Of a stretch of DNA of 64,000 bases, positions 1 to 14,024 are shown piece by piece. A program made the position numbers and the translations under genes. The first letter of the stretch is position 1. The number at the start of each line of letters is the position of its first letter. Under the pieces are notes generated by a model that did no database searches, was not told the DNA's origin, and saw nothing but the letters and a program-made list of their open reading frames with translations. The stretch comes from Mobula hypostoma (taxonomy: Eukaryota), in the NCBI RefSeq assembly GCF_963921235.1, contig NC_086097.1:57600001-57664000 (forward strand). Reading direction: 5' to 3'.

Positions 1-1010
1 AAGTCTCACTAATGGTGTTCTTCTGATTGTCATAATTCCACATGCTGATCCATGGTCCAAGCTCATCCACCTTTCCTGCAATACTCCTTGCATTGAAATA
101 CAGTATATGCAACTCAGAACATTAGTCTCAGCATGCTTGACCTTTTGATTCCTGACCTCGTATGTAGGTTTAACAACATCTTTCTCCACAACCACTCCTC
201 CATCTGTTCTGGCGCTCTGGATCCCATCCCCTTGCAACTCAACTAACCTGCCTGTGCAACACACGCAAAACAGTGCAAACCATCCCTTCTGTAAAGAATC
301 CAACCTTCCCTAGAAGAGTGTCCAATGATGCGAAAATCTGAAGCCCTCCGTCCTGCACCAACTCCTTAGCTACATGTTAAACTGTATGATCTTCCAATTT
401 TTGGTGTCATTAACACATGACATGGGTAGCAATCCTGAGATTACAACCCTGGAGGTCCTACACTTTAAATTAGCACCTAACTTCCTGAACTTACTTTGCA
501 GAACTTTGTCACCCATCCTTTCCATGTCATTGGTACCGACATGGACCATGACCTCTGGCTGTTCACCCTCTCACTTTAGAGTGCTGTGGACCCAATCAGA
601 GATGTCCCTGACCCAGTCACCCAGAAGGCAACAAACTATCGAGCAATCTTGTTCTCATCCGCAGAAACTTCTTTCTGTTCTCCTAACCAATGAATTCTCT
701 TATCACTACAGATTGCCTCTTCTCCCCCTTCCCTCCTGAGCCACAGATCCAGACTCAGTGCCAGAGTCCTGACCACTGTGATTTTCCTCTGCTAGAACAT
801 GCCCCCAACAGTATCTAAAGTGGTATACCTATAGTTGAGGGATACAGCCACTGTGGTACTCTGCACTAGCTGCCTATTGCATTTCCCCCTCCTGATGGTC
901 ACCCAGTTACCTGTGTCCTGCACCTCCCTGTATGTCCTGAGTATCAACCCCTCAGCCTCTCAAATGATCTGGAGTTTATCCAGTTCCAGCTCCAACTCCT
1001 AAACACGTAT
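1..1010 (-). mobile_element. Degenerate CR1 LINE 5' region (ORF1 esterase to ORF2 start)
   Basis: Visibly similar to 42350-43320, which encodes an SGNH-type VHVxTND motif on the minus strand. Confidence 0.7.
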
Positions 1011-1011
1011 T

Positions 1012-2198
1012 TAGAACATAGAACATAGAATAGTACAGCACAGTACAGGCCCTTCGGCCCACAAAGTTGTGCCGACCCTCAAACCCTGCCTCCCATATAA
1101 GCCCCCACCTTAAATTCCTCCATATACCTGTCTAGTAGTCTCTTAAACTTCACTAGTGTATCTGCCTCCACCACTGACTCAGGCAGTGCATTCCACGCAC
1201 CAACCACTCTCTGAGTAAAAAACCTTCCTCTAATATCCCCCTTGAACTTCCCACCCCTTACCTTAAAGCCATGTCCTCTTGTATTGAGCAGTGGTGCCCT
1301 GGGGAAGAGGTGCTGGCTATCCACTCTATCTATTCCTCTTATTATCTTGTACACCTCTATCATGTCTCCTCTCATGCTTCTTCTCTCCAAAAAGAGTAAA
1401 GCCCTAGCTCCCTTAATCTCTGATCATAATCCATACTCTCTAAACCAGGCAGCATCCTGGTAAATCTCCTCTGTACCCTTTCCAATGCTTCCACATCCTT
1501 CCTATAGTGGGGTGACCAGAACTGGACACAGTACTCCAAGTGTGGCCTAACCAGAGTTTTATAGAGCTGCATCATTATATCGCGACTCTTAAACTCTATC
1601 CCTCGACTTATGAAAGCTAACACCCCATAAGCTTTCTTAACTACCCTATTTACCTGTGAGGCAACTTTCAGGGATCTGTGGACATGTACCCTGAGATCCC
1701 TGTGCTCCTCCACACTACCAAGTATCCTGCCATTTACTTTGTACTCTGCCTTGGAGTTTGTCCTTCCAAAGTGTACCATCTCACACTTCTCCGGGTTGAA
1801 CTCCATCTGCCACTTCTCAGCCCACTTCTGCTTCCTATCGATGTCTCTCTGCAATCTTTGACAATCCTCTACACTATCTACAACACCACCAACCTTTGTG
1901 TCGTCTGCAAACTTGCCAACCCACCCTTCTACCCCCACATCCAGGTCGTTAATAAAAATCACGAAAAGTAGAGGTCTCAGAACAGATCCTTGTGGGACAC
2001 CACTAATCACAATCCTCCAATCTGAATGTACTCCCTCCACCACAATCCTCTGCCTTCTGCAGGCAAGCCAATTCTGAATCCACCTGGCCAAACTTCCCTG
2101 GATCCCATGCCTTCTAACTTTCTGAATAAGTCTACTGTGTGGAACCTTGTCAAATGCCTTACTAAAATCCATATAGATCACATCCAGAGATCACATCC
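1012..2198 (-). mobile_element. 5'-truncated CR1 LINE (RT and 3' tail)
   Basis: ORFs 1372-2181 (GVPQGSVL, FADDTK) and 1079-1390; short tandem tail (TAGAACA)n at 1012-1030. Confidence 0.95.
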
Positions 2199-4131
2199 AA
2201 TTTAAATTTGTATTTGTATTTGTAAGTTACACCTTACCATTTTCACTGTATGTGTTCAGCTCATTGAGGAAACTGTCATACTCGGTTCCAATAATTAATG
2301 CATTTGTGTTATCTAACACGCTTGACATCAGTCTAAACTCTCTTGTGGCCATCAATCCTGACAATGCCAGCAATGTCAACACACAAGGGAGGTATGAGAA
2401 ACTTAACAAAACAGGTCAACCTAAAAATCCATTTATGGAAAGAGCCTTAGTGGAGTATATTTTTTGGAAGGAAAGAAGATTAAATTCAAAAATGATCCAA
2501 CCACCTTCCTCCCCTCCCACCAGCTCGCATGTTATAGAGTAGATGTCCTGGGTCCTTTCCCAAAGGAAAGTATGTTGTACATTGCAAGTAAGAGGACATT
2601 GTAGCTGCATTTTAAACTGCATTTGTCATAAAGTTACTGGCTCTGCTGTTTTCAAAGAGCAATATATCAAACTACTGGCTATAGACACTTGTTTATGGTC
2701 TAAGGGGTATGTCTTTAAGAACTAACAGAATCAGTAAATGCAAGGATGTGTTACGTGGTCTTCAAGGCCAGCAGCATGGTATGAAAACCATTCAAGTTGA
2801 CTGCTGAACTCCATCGGGAATTCCTCAGGTACGCTGAGAGATGGGTAAATTGTATGTATGACAGTTGAAACTACTTACAAAATAGCTGCTGACCATCCCT
2901 TCGGTAGTTCTGTCCAATTGCTTTAAACATGTTAGAGAATTTTCACAGCAGCACTTGACTTTAAGAGAGTCAAGAGAGGATAAAAACTGTTCTTATGTTG
3001 TAAAGCAGATTATTAAATGCCCTCTATACCTGTGGAAATTCCTGTTTTTGTAACCAAGTTATTCACTTCGTATTGTAAAATAGGATTTATAATAGCCCAA
3101 TATGATTCTTCAACTAACCATAGTCCATGCCCAAACATGTGTAACTTACACAGTGCAGTTAAAGCTAATTAGATATATCACGGAGGAAATTTGTTGCAAT
3201 AATAGTGGGACTGAGGCTTTATTAAACTGTCTTCTGCAATGTGAGTTATGGAATTTCTTTGATCAGGAATGTTTCAAAACTTCTGATGGGTAATTACACT
3301 GATCTTATGAAAAGCTATGCATGCTAAAATTTCTGGAATCTAATCAGCATGGCATAACATTAAAATCTAATTATGGCCATTGAAAATCACTAAGCAATTT
3401 GGATAGAAGAAAATGAGGATCGAATACAATCAAGATTCTAAAAGTGATTATTTTTGTTAAAAATGTGCCAAAAATAAAGTTTGATGCTGTGAAGCAATTG
3501 TCTTTGCATGTTTTCAAAAGTAAATTTATGGAAATGTTTCTCTTTTCAGATAGGTATTTTGAAAATATTGAGTTCAAATAATGACAATGAAAAAAGGCTA
3601 TAAAATACAAGAAATAGTGACATTAGGATGTCCTGTGCCTCAAGTCCCTATATAGAAATCTAAAGATGTAGGAAAATGACCTCTAAGGTCTCTTCTATTT
3701 CATCAAGACAAAGCTAAGGGGGCTTTGGTTTATACAACTTGAGAATAGCTCAAAAAATTTAATTCATGATCGGTAATCTGTCATTGTAAAACTGATCCAT
3801 TTTTGGCAACGTGCATATTTTCTCAAAAGAAGACAGCATAAGTATTACATAATAGCTGCACCAACCCTACCAATAAATTCATGGCCTGTTTACTTTTCTT
3901 TCCAAGCTATGTCCTTTCCAATGTATTTTTAATGAACTTATGATGCCAGAGCAAATGTTGACTAAAATTTGATGCACATTTTAATCATGCCTCCTATATT
4001 AATACAGATGTTGCTTCATGTTTGCAGTAATAAATTTTTGTCCAAAGTATTCTAGTAAAAAATGCGTTCATTAACAGCACTAATTAAGGCGATTGTTAAT
4101 CTGCTTTAAATTCAGTTGTAGCTTTGCTAAT

Positions 4132-5372
4132 AGTGAATTCTGGTTAATTGGGTCATCGGTTATTCAGGGCAGCTGCTTATTTGGGACAACTTTTAAAAAA
4201 CAAAAAATCAATTGAGAAAATAGTTGGGATCCCCTTGGTTTTGTTTGGAACACTATGCTACTTAATTGGAGCAGGACATGTTGCCAAACAGTTTCTAACT
4301 AGTGTTAAACGTGTGCACTTGTATGGCCGTAGACATCACATTATGTGTAGAATGAACAGTTTTTAAATAGCATCAGTTGCTTACATTTGTATTCAAAAAG
4401 GAGTGATTTTTTATCACTGATAGTTGGTGGGAAATAAGTAGTAAGACATTTCAGAACTGTTTTGCTCACTGCATTTTCAAGCATTCAGGCTTGGAATTGT
4501 TTGTAACAACCAGGACTGAAATGACATTATATCACTACTCCAACAAGTTAGGAACTTTGAAGATTTGGAGGATGCAATCGTGAAGTGTATTATGTGAAGG
4601 CAGTCATTATCTACTCTGGGTGTCTGCACTGATTTTGTTCATTTACATTCAATCAAAAGAAGATGCATTAGATGAATTTCTCTGTCAAAAACTTTTAGGC
4701 ACTAATACAGTTTTATAGTACTGTAGTTTTCTAATTTGTTCTGTATTTCATTTAAATACGTAATTTGTTGCTCAGTTAAACAGTCTTTTGTATACCTTTT
4801 TAACTATTTCCATGAAACTTGGGCTAATTGGGATGGCTGCTTAAGGAAGCTGGGGCAGCAGGCTGAGGGTAGCAGACACCAACAGAATCAACAAACTCAT
4901 TCGTAAGGCCAGTGATGATGTGAGGATGGAACTGGACTCTCTGATGGTGGTGTCTGAAAAGAGGATGCTGTCCAAGTTGCGTGCCATCTTGGACAATGTC
5001 TCCCATCCACTACATAATGTACTGGTTGGGCACAGGAGTACATTCAGCCAGAGACTCATTCCACCGAGGTGCAATACAGAGTGTCATAGGAAGTCATTCC
5101 TGCCTGTGGCCATCAGACTTTACAACTCCTCCCTTGGAGGGTCAGACACCCTGAGCCAATAGGCTGGTCCTAGACTTGTTTCCTGGCATAATTTAAATAT
5201 TATTATTTAATTTTTATGGTTTTATATTGCTATATTTATACTCTATTCTTGGTTGGTGCAACTGTAACAAAACCCAATTTCCCTCGGGATCAATAAAGTA
5301 TGACTATGACTATGACTATGACTTAAACGGGCCAAAATTACTGGTCCCGATGTGTCCCAATTAACTGTAATT
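4132..5372. mobile_element. Degenerate Tigger/pogo-like DNA transposon interrupted by a LINE fragment
   Basis: Imperfect terminal inverted repeats gaattctggttaattgggtca and tgtcccaattaactgtaatt. Confidence 0.55.
4848..5322 (+). mobile_element. Rex1/L2-like LINE 3' fragment
   Basis: ORF 4920-5162, AATAAA and a (TATGAC)n tail. Same family as 34160-35017. Confidence 0.85.
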
Positions 5373-5583
5373 GGCAACAAACCATCATAAGTTAGACTGC
5401 TGCATCTCCGATCTTCGGTAAGAATTTATGTCGCAATTTGTTAGAATAACAGCAGATGTGGGTAGTTTGGGAGATGCAGGATTTGTTACTATTTCAGCAA
5501 TCCAGTATTTCATCACACAGTATGCTATATGATTTTTGATACTTTGAATTATTTTTATAGTACGAGTGGTTCTTTTTTTTTAG

Positions 5584-5714
5584 AAAAGAATGGAAGAGAG
5601 TCTGAAGCCAGCTATGGACCTCTGACCTTGGGGGATCTTGAAGTATACCCAGTCTCGGCACAACAGGTGAAAGTTGTGCCCTGGAAGACTCTTGTGGTGG
5701 GCAATCAGGGACAG
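5584..5714 (+). CDS. KIAA0586: Internal coding exon of a TALPID3-like ciliary/centrosomal gene (phase 1 to 0): (E)KNGRESEASYGPLTLGDLEVYPVSAQQVKVVPWKTLVVGNQGQ
   Basis: Poly-T acceptor ttttttttttag and donor CAG|gtaatg. Only one frame is open. SEASYGPLTLGDLE resembles human TALPID3 SCASHGPMSLGELE as recalled. Confidence 0.8.
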
Positions 5715-7054
5715 GTAATGATCCAAGAAGCCTTAAGCCTCTTATTCCTGTTGTAATTGGATATTTAAACAAGAAATAAGTATTATTTGGAGCAATTTGA
5801 AAGTCATTCAGAGATTTAGGATTTAATGTACTTTCAGCATACAATGAACAGGCAAAATTTAAATAACGCTGTGAAATGTTAGCAAATGCTTTTCTCTCTT
5901 AACCTTGATTGTGCATTTTATGGTGGCTAAAAATTCTAAATAGACCGGAATAAGAAGCAGAAAGACATTGAAAGTTAGAGCTGGGTGGGGGTGGGGGGGT
6001 GTTGCTACAAAATATCCTATCTGACATGATTTTTATTAATTTGTTTTGTGGACATGGATGACTTCTATAATAAAATTTTATTGTAACACAAAAACTTACA
6101 GAAACTTCATTTCCGATGAAAGTCACTCCATGAAATCCCATTTGTGCTGAAATGCCCATCATTAGTCCCTTTTCAATGCAAAAAAGTGCACAGATTTGTG
6201 AAAACAAGACCCATGAATGTGTTAGCTTTTTGGTTGCAAGACATTTGAAAATTGTGGCTTATAATCTGACATTTGTAATATGTGGTAATTCATTTTACTG
6301 GTTCCCTGCTGTTACAAGTATTTCGCCCTGGTTTTTAATTCTTTCAATATTAGGGTTAGGGTTATGTTTGTTTCAAAACATCTATTGAATCTCTCACTGT
6401 TTTTTATGTCTACGTTGAATGAAAAGCATTTGGTCTCATTAGGTTTAAGAGGATTCCTGTTTGGGTCTAATAGTTAGGGCATCGTGTGTTAGTTATAAAT
6501 TGTGCTGGCAATGCTGCATAAAAGGTAATAGACAGAGAGTCAATCCATGTTCTGTGCAAACAGTTCTACTGCATTGAGATTTGTATTGACTGGAGGACTC
6601 TAGGTTGTAGAATCAGTTTAAACGTGCACAAAGGCCTTGACTTGACTGCTTTCACTTTTTGTGGAGCAAATGGAAGAAGTCTGGTAGGTCACAGGTTAGG
6701 TTATTGGGGTTCATTTGAAAGGGAATTGTCATGGCATCGACTGGAGGGCTGAGGGAAGATCAGCAGCATAAGTATTCAAGAGTCTAATAATAATAGGATA
6801 GAAGCTATCCCTGAGTTTGGTGATTCATGCTCTTAGGCTTTTGTATCTTCTGCCCGATGGAAGAGTGAAGAAGAGAGAATGTGGGAGAAGTGGAAGGGGT
6901 CCTTAATTATGTTGGCTGCTTTCCCAAGACAACAGGAAGTGTAGAGGGAGTCAGTGGAGGAGAAGTTTGTTTGCGTTTGGAGTGAGTTGTGTTGACAACT
7001 TTCTGCAGTTTCTTCAAGGATTTAAAGTACATTTATTGTCAAAGTATGTATGCA

Positions 7055-9647
7055 TTTGATAAAGTGAAGCACAATAAGTTATTTGAAATATTACAGAAAA
7101 CTCTAGATCTAGATTCAAAAGACCTCCGCCTAATCAGAAATCTGTACTGGGAACAAACTGCCGCTGTAAGAGTAGATGGAGAAGTGAGTCAGTTTATGAA
7201 AATCAAGAGAGGTGTTAGACAAGGGTGTGTTTTCTCCCCTGATTTATTTAATGTGTACAGTGAAACAATATTACAAAAAATAAGAGACATCTTGGGAATC
7301 AAAGTTGGCGGTGAAAACATCAATAATTTAGATATGCAGACGACACTGTGTTAATTGCAAGTATGGAGGAAGAACTACAAAACTTAATTGATATAATTGT
7401 TGAAGAAAGTGCAAAAATGGGTCTATCTATCAATTGCAAAAAGACAGAATATTTGGTGATATCCAAAAAAGAAGGAGAATCCTATCTGCAGGCTGAGAAT
7501 AAATGGGGAAGACATAAGACAAGTAAAGAACTTTTGCTACTTAGGAAGCTGGGTGACATCAGATGGCAGGTGCGACTTGGACATCAAAAGAAGAATAGGG
7601 ACGGCAAAAGACACCTTTACGAGAATGAAGAGTATACTGACCAATACTAAACTAGGCATGACAACCCACCTCAGAGTACTGAAATGTTACGTTTATCCTG
7701 TTATGTTATATGTCTCAGGATGTTGGACAATATCTAGTAATATGAGGAAACAAATTGTAGCAGCAGAGATGTGGTTTTTGAGGAGGATGCAAAGAATATT
7801 ATGGACGAAATCTAGTGTTGAAATTGCGGGGGCCCTGGCAGAAATATTTAAAATGTCGCTGTCTAGTGAAGTGCCGGAGGATTGGAGAGTGGTTCATGTT
7901 GTTCCGTTGTTTAAAAAAGGATCGTAAAGTAATCCAGGAAATTATAGGCCGGTGAGTATAACGTCAGTAATAGGTAAGTTATTGGAGGGAGTACTAAGAG
8001 ACAGAATCTACAAGCATTTGGATAGACAGGGGCTTATTAGGGAGAGTCAACATGGCTTTGGGCGTGGTAGGTCATGTTTGACCAATCTATTGGAGTTTTT
8101 CGAGGAGGTTACCTGGAAAGTGGATGAAGGGAAGGCAGTGGATATTGTCTACATGGACTTCAGTAAGGCCTTTGACAAAGTCCCGCATGGGAGGTTAGTT
8201 AGGAAAATTCAGTCGCTAGGTATACATGGAGAGGTGGTAAATTGGATTAGACTTTGGCTCGATGGAAGAAGCCAGAGAGCGGTGGTAGAGAATTGCTTCT
8301 CTGAGTGGAGGCCTGTGACTAGTGGTGTGCCACAGGGATTGGTGCTGGGCCCATTGTTATTTGTCATCTATATCAATGATCTGGATGATAATGTGGTAAA
8401 TTGGATCAGTAAGTTTGCTGATGATACAAAGATTGGAGGTGTAGTAGACAGTGAGGAAGGTTTTCAGAGCCTGCAGAGGGACTTGGACCAGCTGGAAAAA
8501 TGGGCTGAAAAATGGCAGATGGAGTTTAATACTGACAAGTGTGAGGTATTGCACGTTGGAAGGACAAACCAACGTAGAACATACAGGGTTAATGGTAAGG
8601 CACTGAGGAGTGCAGTGGAACAGAGGGATCTGGGAATACAGATACAAAATTCCCTAAAAGTGTCGTCACAGGTAGATAGGGTCGTAAAGAGAGCTTTTGG
8701 TACATTGGCCTTTATCAATCGAAGTATTGAGTATAAGAGCTGGAATGTTATGATGAGGTTGTATAAGGCATTGGTGAGGCCGAATCTGGAGTATTGTGTT
8801 CAGTTTTGGTCACCAAATTACAGGAAGGATATAAATAAGGTTGAAAGAGTGCAGAGAAGGTTTACAAGGATGTTGCCGGGACTTGAGAAACTCAGTTACA
8901 GAGAAAGGTTGAATAGGTTAGGACTTTATTCCCTGGAGCGTAGAAGAATGAGGGGAGATTTGATAGAGGTATATAAAATTATGATGGGTATAGATAGAGT
9001 GAATGCAAGCGGGCTTTTTCCACTGAGGCAAGGGGAGAAAAAAACCAGAGGACATGGGTTAAGGGTGAGGGGGGAAAAGTTTAAAGGGAACATTAGGGGG
9101 GGGCTTCTTCACACAGAGAGTGGTGGGAGTATGGAATGAGCTGCCAGACGAGGTGGTAAATGCGGGTTCTTTTGTAACATTTAAGAATAAATTGGACAGA
9201 TACATGGATGGGAGGTGTATGGAGGGATATGGTCCGTGTGCAGGTCAGTGGGACTAGGCAGAAAATGGTTCGGCACAGCCAAGAAGGGCCAAAGAGCCTG
9301 TTTCTGTGCTACAGTTTCTATGGTTCTATGGTTCTATGGAAACGAATATCTAACGAGGATGTCATGAACAGTGCAAACACAAAAAGAGACATGATGTATG
9401 AGATCATGAAAAGGCAACGTAACTTCATTGGAGATGTGATTAGGAAAGAGGAGTTAGAATGCACAGTAATTATGGGAAAGATTGAAGGGAAGAAATCAAG
9501 AGGAAGACAAAGACAAATGATGATGGAGACAGCAGCCAGAGAATTGGAAATGAATACCAATGAATTGATCCACTTGACCTGAAACTGGAGTGTCTGGGCC
9601 ATGGCAGTCAAAGCTCAAACTGGGCATGACACCTGATGATGATGATG
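7055..9647 (+). mobile_element. 5'-truncated RTE-clade LINE, split by CR1
   Basis: GVRQGCVFSP RT motif; GKIEGKKSRGRQR C-terminus; (TGA)n tail; TSD atgtatgca at 7046-7054 and 9648-9656. Confidence 0.9.
7812..9337 (+). mobile_element. Young 5'-truncated CR1 LINE
   Basis: 395-aa RT ORF 7952-9139 and (TTCTATGG)n tail. Near-identical to 29008-30530. Confidence 0.95.
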
Positions 9648-11108
9648 ATGTATGCAGTACACAACCCCGAGATTCGTCTTCCCACAGCTAGCCACGAAAC
9701 AAAGAAAACCATGGAACCCATTTAAAGAAAAACATCAAACTTCCAACTCGCAAAAGAAAAGAACAAATTGCACTAATGCCAAAAAAAGAGCAAAAAACAC
9801 AGAATACAAAACACCAAACCACAAAGACATCAAAAGTGTCCAGGCGTTTTCATTCAGCTCAGTTCAGTTCAATCCAGTGCCACATCGCTTGCTATCTGTA
9901 GGCTGCAGCAGCTGCCCACCCCAATCAAAATCGCACAAAACAGCAACAAAAAAGAGCAATCAGAAAGCAAAAACAAATCATAACATGAACAACGAAGTCC
10001 AATCCACAAACCGCATCAATTAAACCTACCCAAGGCCCAGAACTCCAGCAGCATCAAACGAGAGGCAAAGACAGACCATTAATACGCAGGCATTTTTCTC
10101 TGGGACAAGTGTGAGACCGGTCACATGCAGATAGATGGCACTGAACACCCGCCCACCTTCCGTCCTTAACCTCACTGTATATCAATCTTCCTTGAAGCTT
10201 TAATCAGCGGGATTGGCAAGAAGTGGAGTCTATCATAGGCTCAGACCCCATCTCCAGGCTTCTTTGCCTCCAGGCCATACACTTTACTCAAAACCTTATC
10301 GAACTCCCTCGGAGACAGAAAAGCTCCAAATTGCTTAACCGTCCTGAAAATGCACCACCAAAATGTAGATCGCGGTCTCCAACAGTAGCACAACCACATT
10401 TGAAAGAGAAAGATGAAATAAACAAAGTGAAAGAAGTACTTCCATAAACTGTCTGAAGGATGTTGCCCTTGTTAGTTGGTGCCATCTTGTTCCGAATTTC
10501 TCTTCTTGAGGTCTTGGGCGTTTAAAGCTGTGATGTACCTCAGTAGGATTTTCTATGGAAAATCTAAGACCCCCACACTGAGCAAAAATTAATAATTTGG
10601 AGAAGACCTTGGGCACGGGCAGTTTTAAGCTCCAGACTGGCTGGTTTGTCCAAAATTGTTTCCATCATCGTAGCTGTTATTGACATTCTCTGTGATGTAA
10701 CATGGAACTTTAAAGACATAATATATGGAGAATGTGGTTTTGATACTCCAGTATATTAGTGAGATGGATTTTCAACTTTACTTGAGTGATAATCTCACAA
10801 AATGGATAACCTGCTCTTTAAGAAGTAGAATCAATGAATATGAGGCAAGTTCTGTAAAGGTTTGGTAATCTGCTGTGTGTAATATATCCAGAACTCTGTA
10901 GACAAAAGAAATCAGTCTAAATATGTTCACTAGGAAATGCAGTATTCTTATAATTTTCAATCCATCAGTTAGGAAAGATATATGAACAAAGAACCCAAGG
11001 TGAAGGTGCAGTAAATAAGTTCTGTGCAATCCAGTTTCAGAGATCTGCTGTAGTTCACTGGAAATTCACACACTAAAAGTAATGCAATTCGAAAAGGTAG
11101 CACACTTT

Positions 11109-11576
11109 AGAATCTCAGAATCAGGTTTGTAATCACTGACACATATCATGATACGTCTTGTTTTATGGCAGTAGTACAGTACAAGATGTAAAAAGTTACA
11201 GTGTTACAATTCAAAATGAATGAATAAATGGTGCAAAAGAGGTAGTCAGGTAGTGTTCGTGGACCATTTACAAATCCAGTGGCTGTTAGAAAGCTGTTCT
11301 TAAATTGCTGAGTGTTGGTCTTCTTGAGATACCACCTTCAGAAAGTCCTCAGTGGTGGAGAGGCTTGTGCTCATAATGGAGTTGCTGAGTTCACAACTCT
11401 CTGAGGCCTCTTTCAATGCTGTGCATTGAATCCTCCATACCAGGTGGCGATGAAAACAGTTAGAATGCTTTCCATGGTACATCTGTAGAAATTAGTGTGT
11501 CTTTGGTGACCTACCAAATCTCCTCAAATTCCTAATAACGCTTAGCCACTGGTGTGCCTTCTTCATGATTGCATCA
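11109..11576 (-). mobile_element. Old Rex1/L2-like LINE 3' fragment
   Basis: (CTGATT)-type tail on the minus strand; similar to 18720-19575. Confidence 0.65.
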
Positions 11577-12240
11577 GAAATCCATATTAGTGAGCCAAGT
11601 TCTACATGGAACAAATCTAAATAATTTTTTATATAATCTATTCATGATGTAATAATCTCACTTGACTTTAAACAAGTCTCCAGTTCTGGGGCAGGGGCGG
11701 TTCATCTCATTGAAAGGGTGTTCTACTGATTTAACTAAATGTAAGGGAATAATTCCAAAGTTGACCTGTACTTCAATGAAAAGTGTAATGCTCTCTGCAG
11801 TTCTCTATTCCTATAATTTTAGATTCCTTGCTGTGCAATTACATTATGTACATAATTAAGCTACATTACAGAAAATTTTGTATTCTTATTATCTTGTCAA
11901 TGAATCAACCATTTTACCCTCTTAACTCCACTGCAATAATAATGGAACATGATAATCTAACCTGACTTGATGACATTCTGATCATGCTTTTATTCAGACA
12001 GTCAAGCAGTAGATTTTCCTTTTGTTATACATTGCAGTGTGTGCGTGTATGTGTGTATCTTCAATCTAATGTGATTTTTTTTTAAAGTGAGGATATTATT
12101 TAGCCTGCATAAATGAACAATGTATGAGATTGACATGTAAAATATCCAAATCAGAATTGAATTCTTAATAAAAACCACTTTTTTATTCAGAGTGTTTGGA
12201 AAAGTGATTTAGATCACATTATTTTTGGACATTGATTTAG

Positions 12241-12325
12241 GGTGATGATGTAGCAGTAACAGAGCAGAAACAAACAACTGCACGAGTGATACAAGTGGAA
12301 AGTAGAACCAAGGATTTATGGCCAG
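12241..12325 (+). CDS. KIAA0586: Internal coding exon (phase 0 to 1): GDDVAVTEQKQTTARVIQVESRTKDLWP(G)
   Basis: Acceptor atttag and strong donor CAG|gtaaga. Phases join the 5584 exon and the last exon in frame. Confidence 0.72.
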
Positions 12326-12542
12326 GTAAGACAGTTTATTTTTTCTTATATTGACTAAAGTTCTGGTAGTAATAATAAATAATCTTACGTGCATAGAAAG
12401 CTTTAAAAGTATTGAGCAAAATGCAGGTGAGTATGAAAACTTCTGGATTTATTTATTGCAGAGTTCAGAACTATGTAGTTACTATTGCTGCATTAAATCT
12501 TATCTATTCTTGTCTTGTCCATACTGCACCAACTGCTGCCGC

Positions 12543-12678
12543 TGGGCTATAAACGTGCAGGAGCAATGTGTGGTTAAGTGCCTTGCTCAAGGTCACAACA
12601 TGATGCCTCAGCTAAGGCTTGAACTGACAACCTTCAGATCACTAGTCCAACACCTTAACCACTTGGCCACCTGCCAAC
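12543..12678 (-). mobile_element. tRNA-derived SINE fragment (CORE-like)
   Basis: A-box TGGCCAAGTGG, B-box GTTCAAGCC, and ccttgagcaaggcacttaacc on the minus strand. Confidence 0.75.
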
Positions 12679-14024
12679 ATTCCCATAACAGTCCTCCGTC
12701 TTTCTGTTGTTTCCCCATGACTCGCCTGCTCTCTCCACCTTTTGCCATGACACAGCTGCTGCTCCCCTTGGGCTTTGTTTCTCCTTCTTATCATATGCTA
12801 AATGCCATTGTCATTTGTTCTTTTTCTCTTACAAATCATCCTGCTCTCCATAAAGGCCAACTGTTACCATGTTGTCTTGACTTTAATGTTGGCACTCACC
12901 TCCAACATCCCCTTGGTCTCCAAAGTTCATGAGCATGTCACCACCACCCATTTCTCTGCTCAATATTTAAAATTCCCCTTCACATGGCACTGCAGTAGCC
13001 CCAAGTCAAATTATGAACAATATCCTATTGGAGATATGCTTAATATGCAAATATGCTTAAAGTGTCATGTCAACCCCAATGTATCTAACAACATTTTTGA
13101 ATAACAAAGCAGGTACATGATCTTATTCTTTATTCATAATAAAAACTGATTCTGATAATTATCTGGGTAGAATGTAGTCTTGCATAATCTTTATTTTCTA
13201 ACTGCATTCTTCAAAAATGCAGAAAGCCTGTGTCAGCATGTCTAATATATACAGTAATTTGTATACAGATTTAAAACTGCTGTGATATGATTCTTATGTC
13301 ACATGGTAATTCATTTAGATATAAGCAAAACTTACAACTCTGGATCATGAAGGATGAAAAGTAACTTTACAATGGAGACAACATCCTCAATATACCAAGC
13401 TCCTAAGTTAGAATATGTAATAAGCACATTTGATTATATTAGTGATAACTTTTGGGAATGGATTTCATTACATACTGTCTAATTTTTCGTTTACTATCCA
13501 AATCCAGATCATTTAAGAATCAATAACTGATTGCTTTTTTTACCCATTTATTCTCTAGTTTTCTACTGTATATGAAAATCAATTCCAGTGATCCCATTCC
13601 CCCAGAATTTCCATTCACTTAACTAAACCATGTCGGCTGGAAATAGAACTGAACTCTTTTCTGGGCTTCTTAACTCAAAACCACACCAAAAGGGAATCTA
13701 CTTACAGATCCAGTTAGAGGTTCAATCTATATTCAATTAAGAATGTCAAAATTTCAAGTTATTTCTCAGTGCTGGATGATTGAATCAATTAACTTCACCT
13801 CTGCCTCAGTATAGTGTAAGGCCGCTGATCTTATTTTAAGTGTAGGTGAGCTGTTGTGTGCAACATGTACATGTTGCAGAAAATCCTACAAAAGGTAGTG
13901 GATATGGCCCAGCCATCCTGGATAAAGCCCTCCTCACCAGGGAACACATCTACACAGAGTGTTGTCACGGGAAAGCAGCATCCATCATCAGAGACCTGCA
14001 CCACCCAGCTCATGCTCTCTTCTC

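Larger units (their letters stand above)
7013..10489 (-). mobile_element. Non-autonomous LINE-dependent element, split by an RTE insertion
   Basis: The minus strand starts AAGATGGC and ends AATAAA..ttgaa. Sequence is continuous across the RTE TSD. Confidence 0.5.

Noticed and set aside
2238..2391. Exon-like signals on both strands (plus 2260-2391; minus 2238-2357), and a phase-compatible plus segment near 2730-2778
   Set aside because: The peptides do not resemble the TALPID3 segment expected upstream (SEGQ-type motifs), and the 2730 acceptor is weak. Cannot be supported without transcripts.
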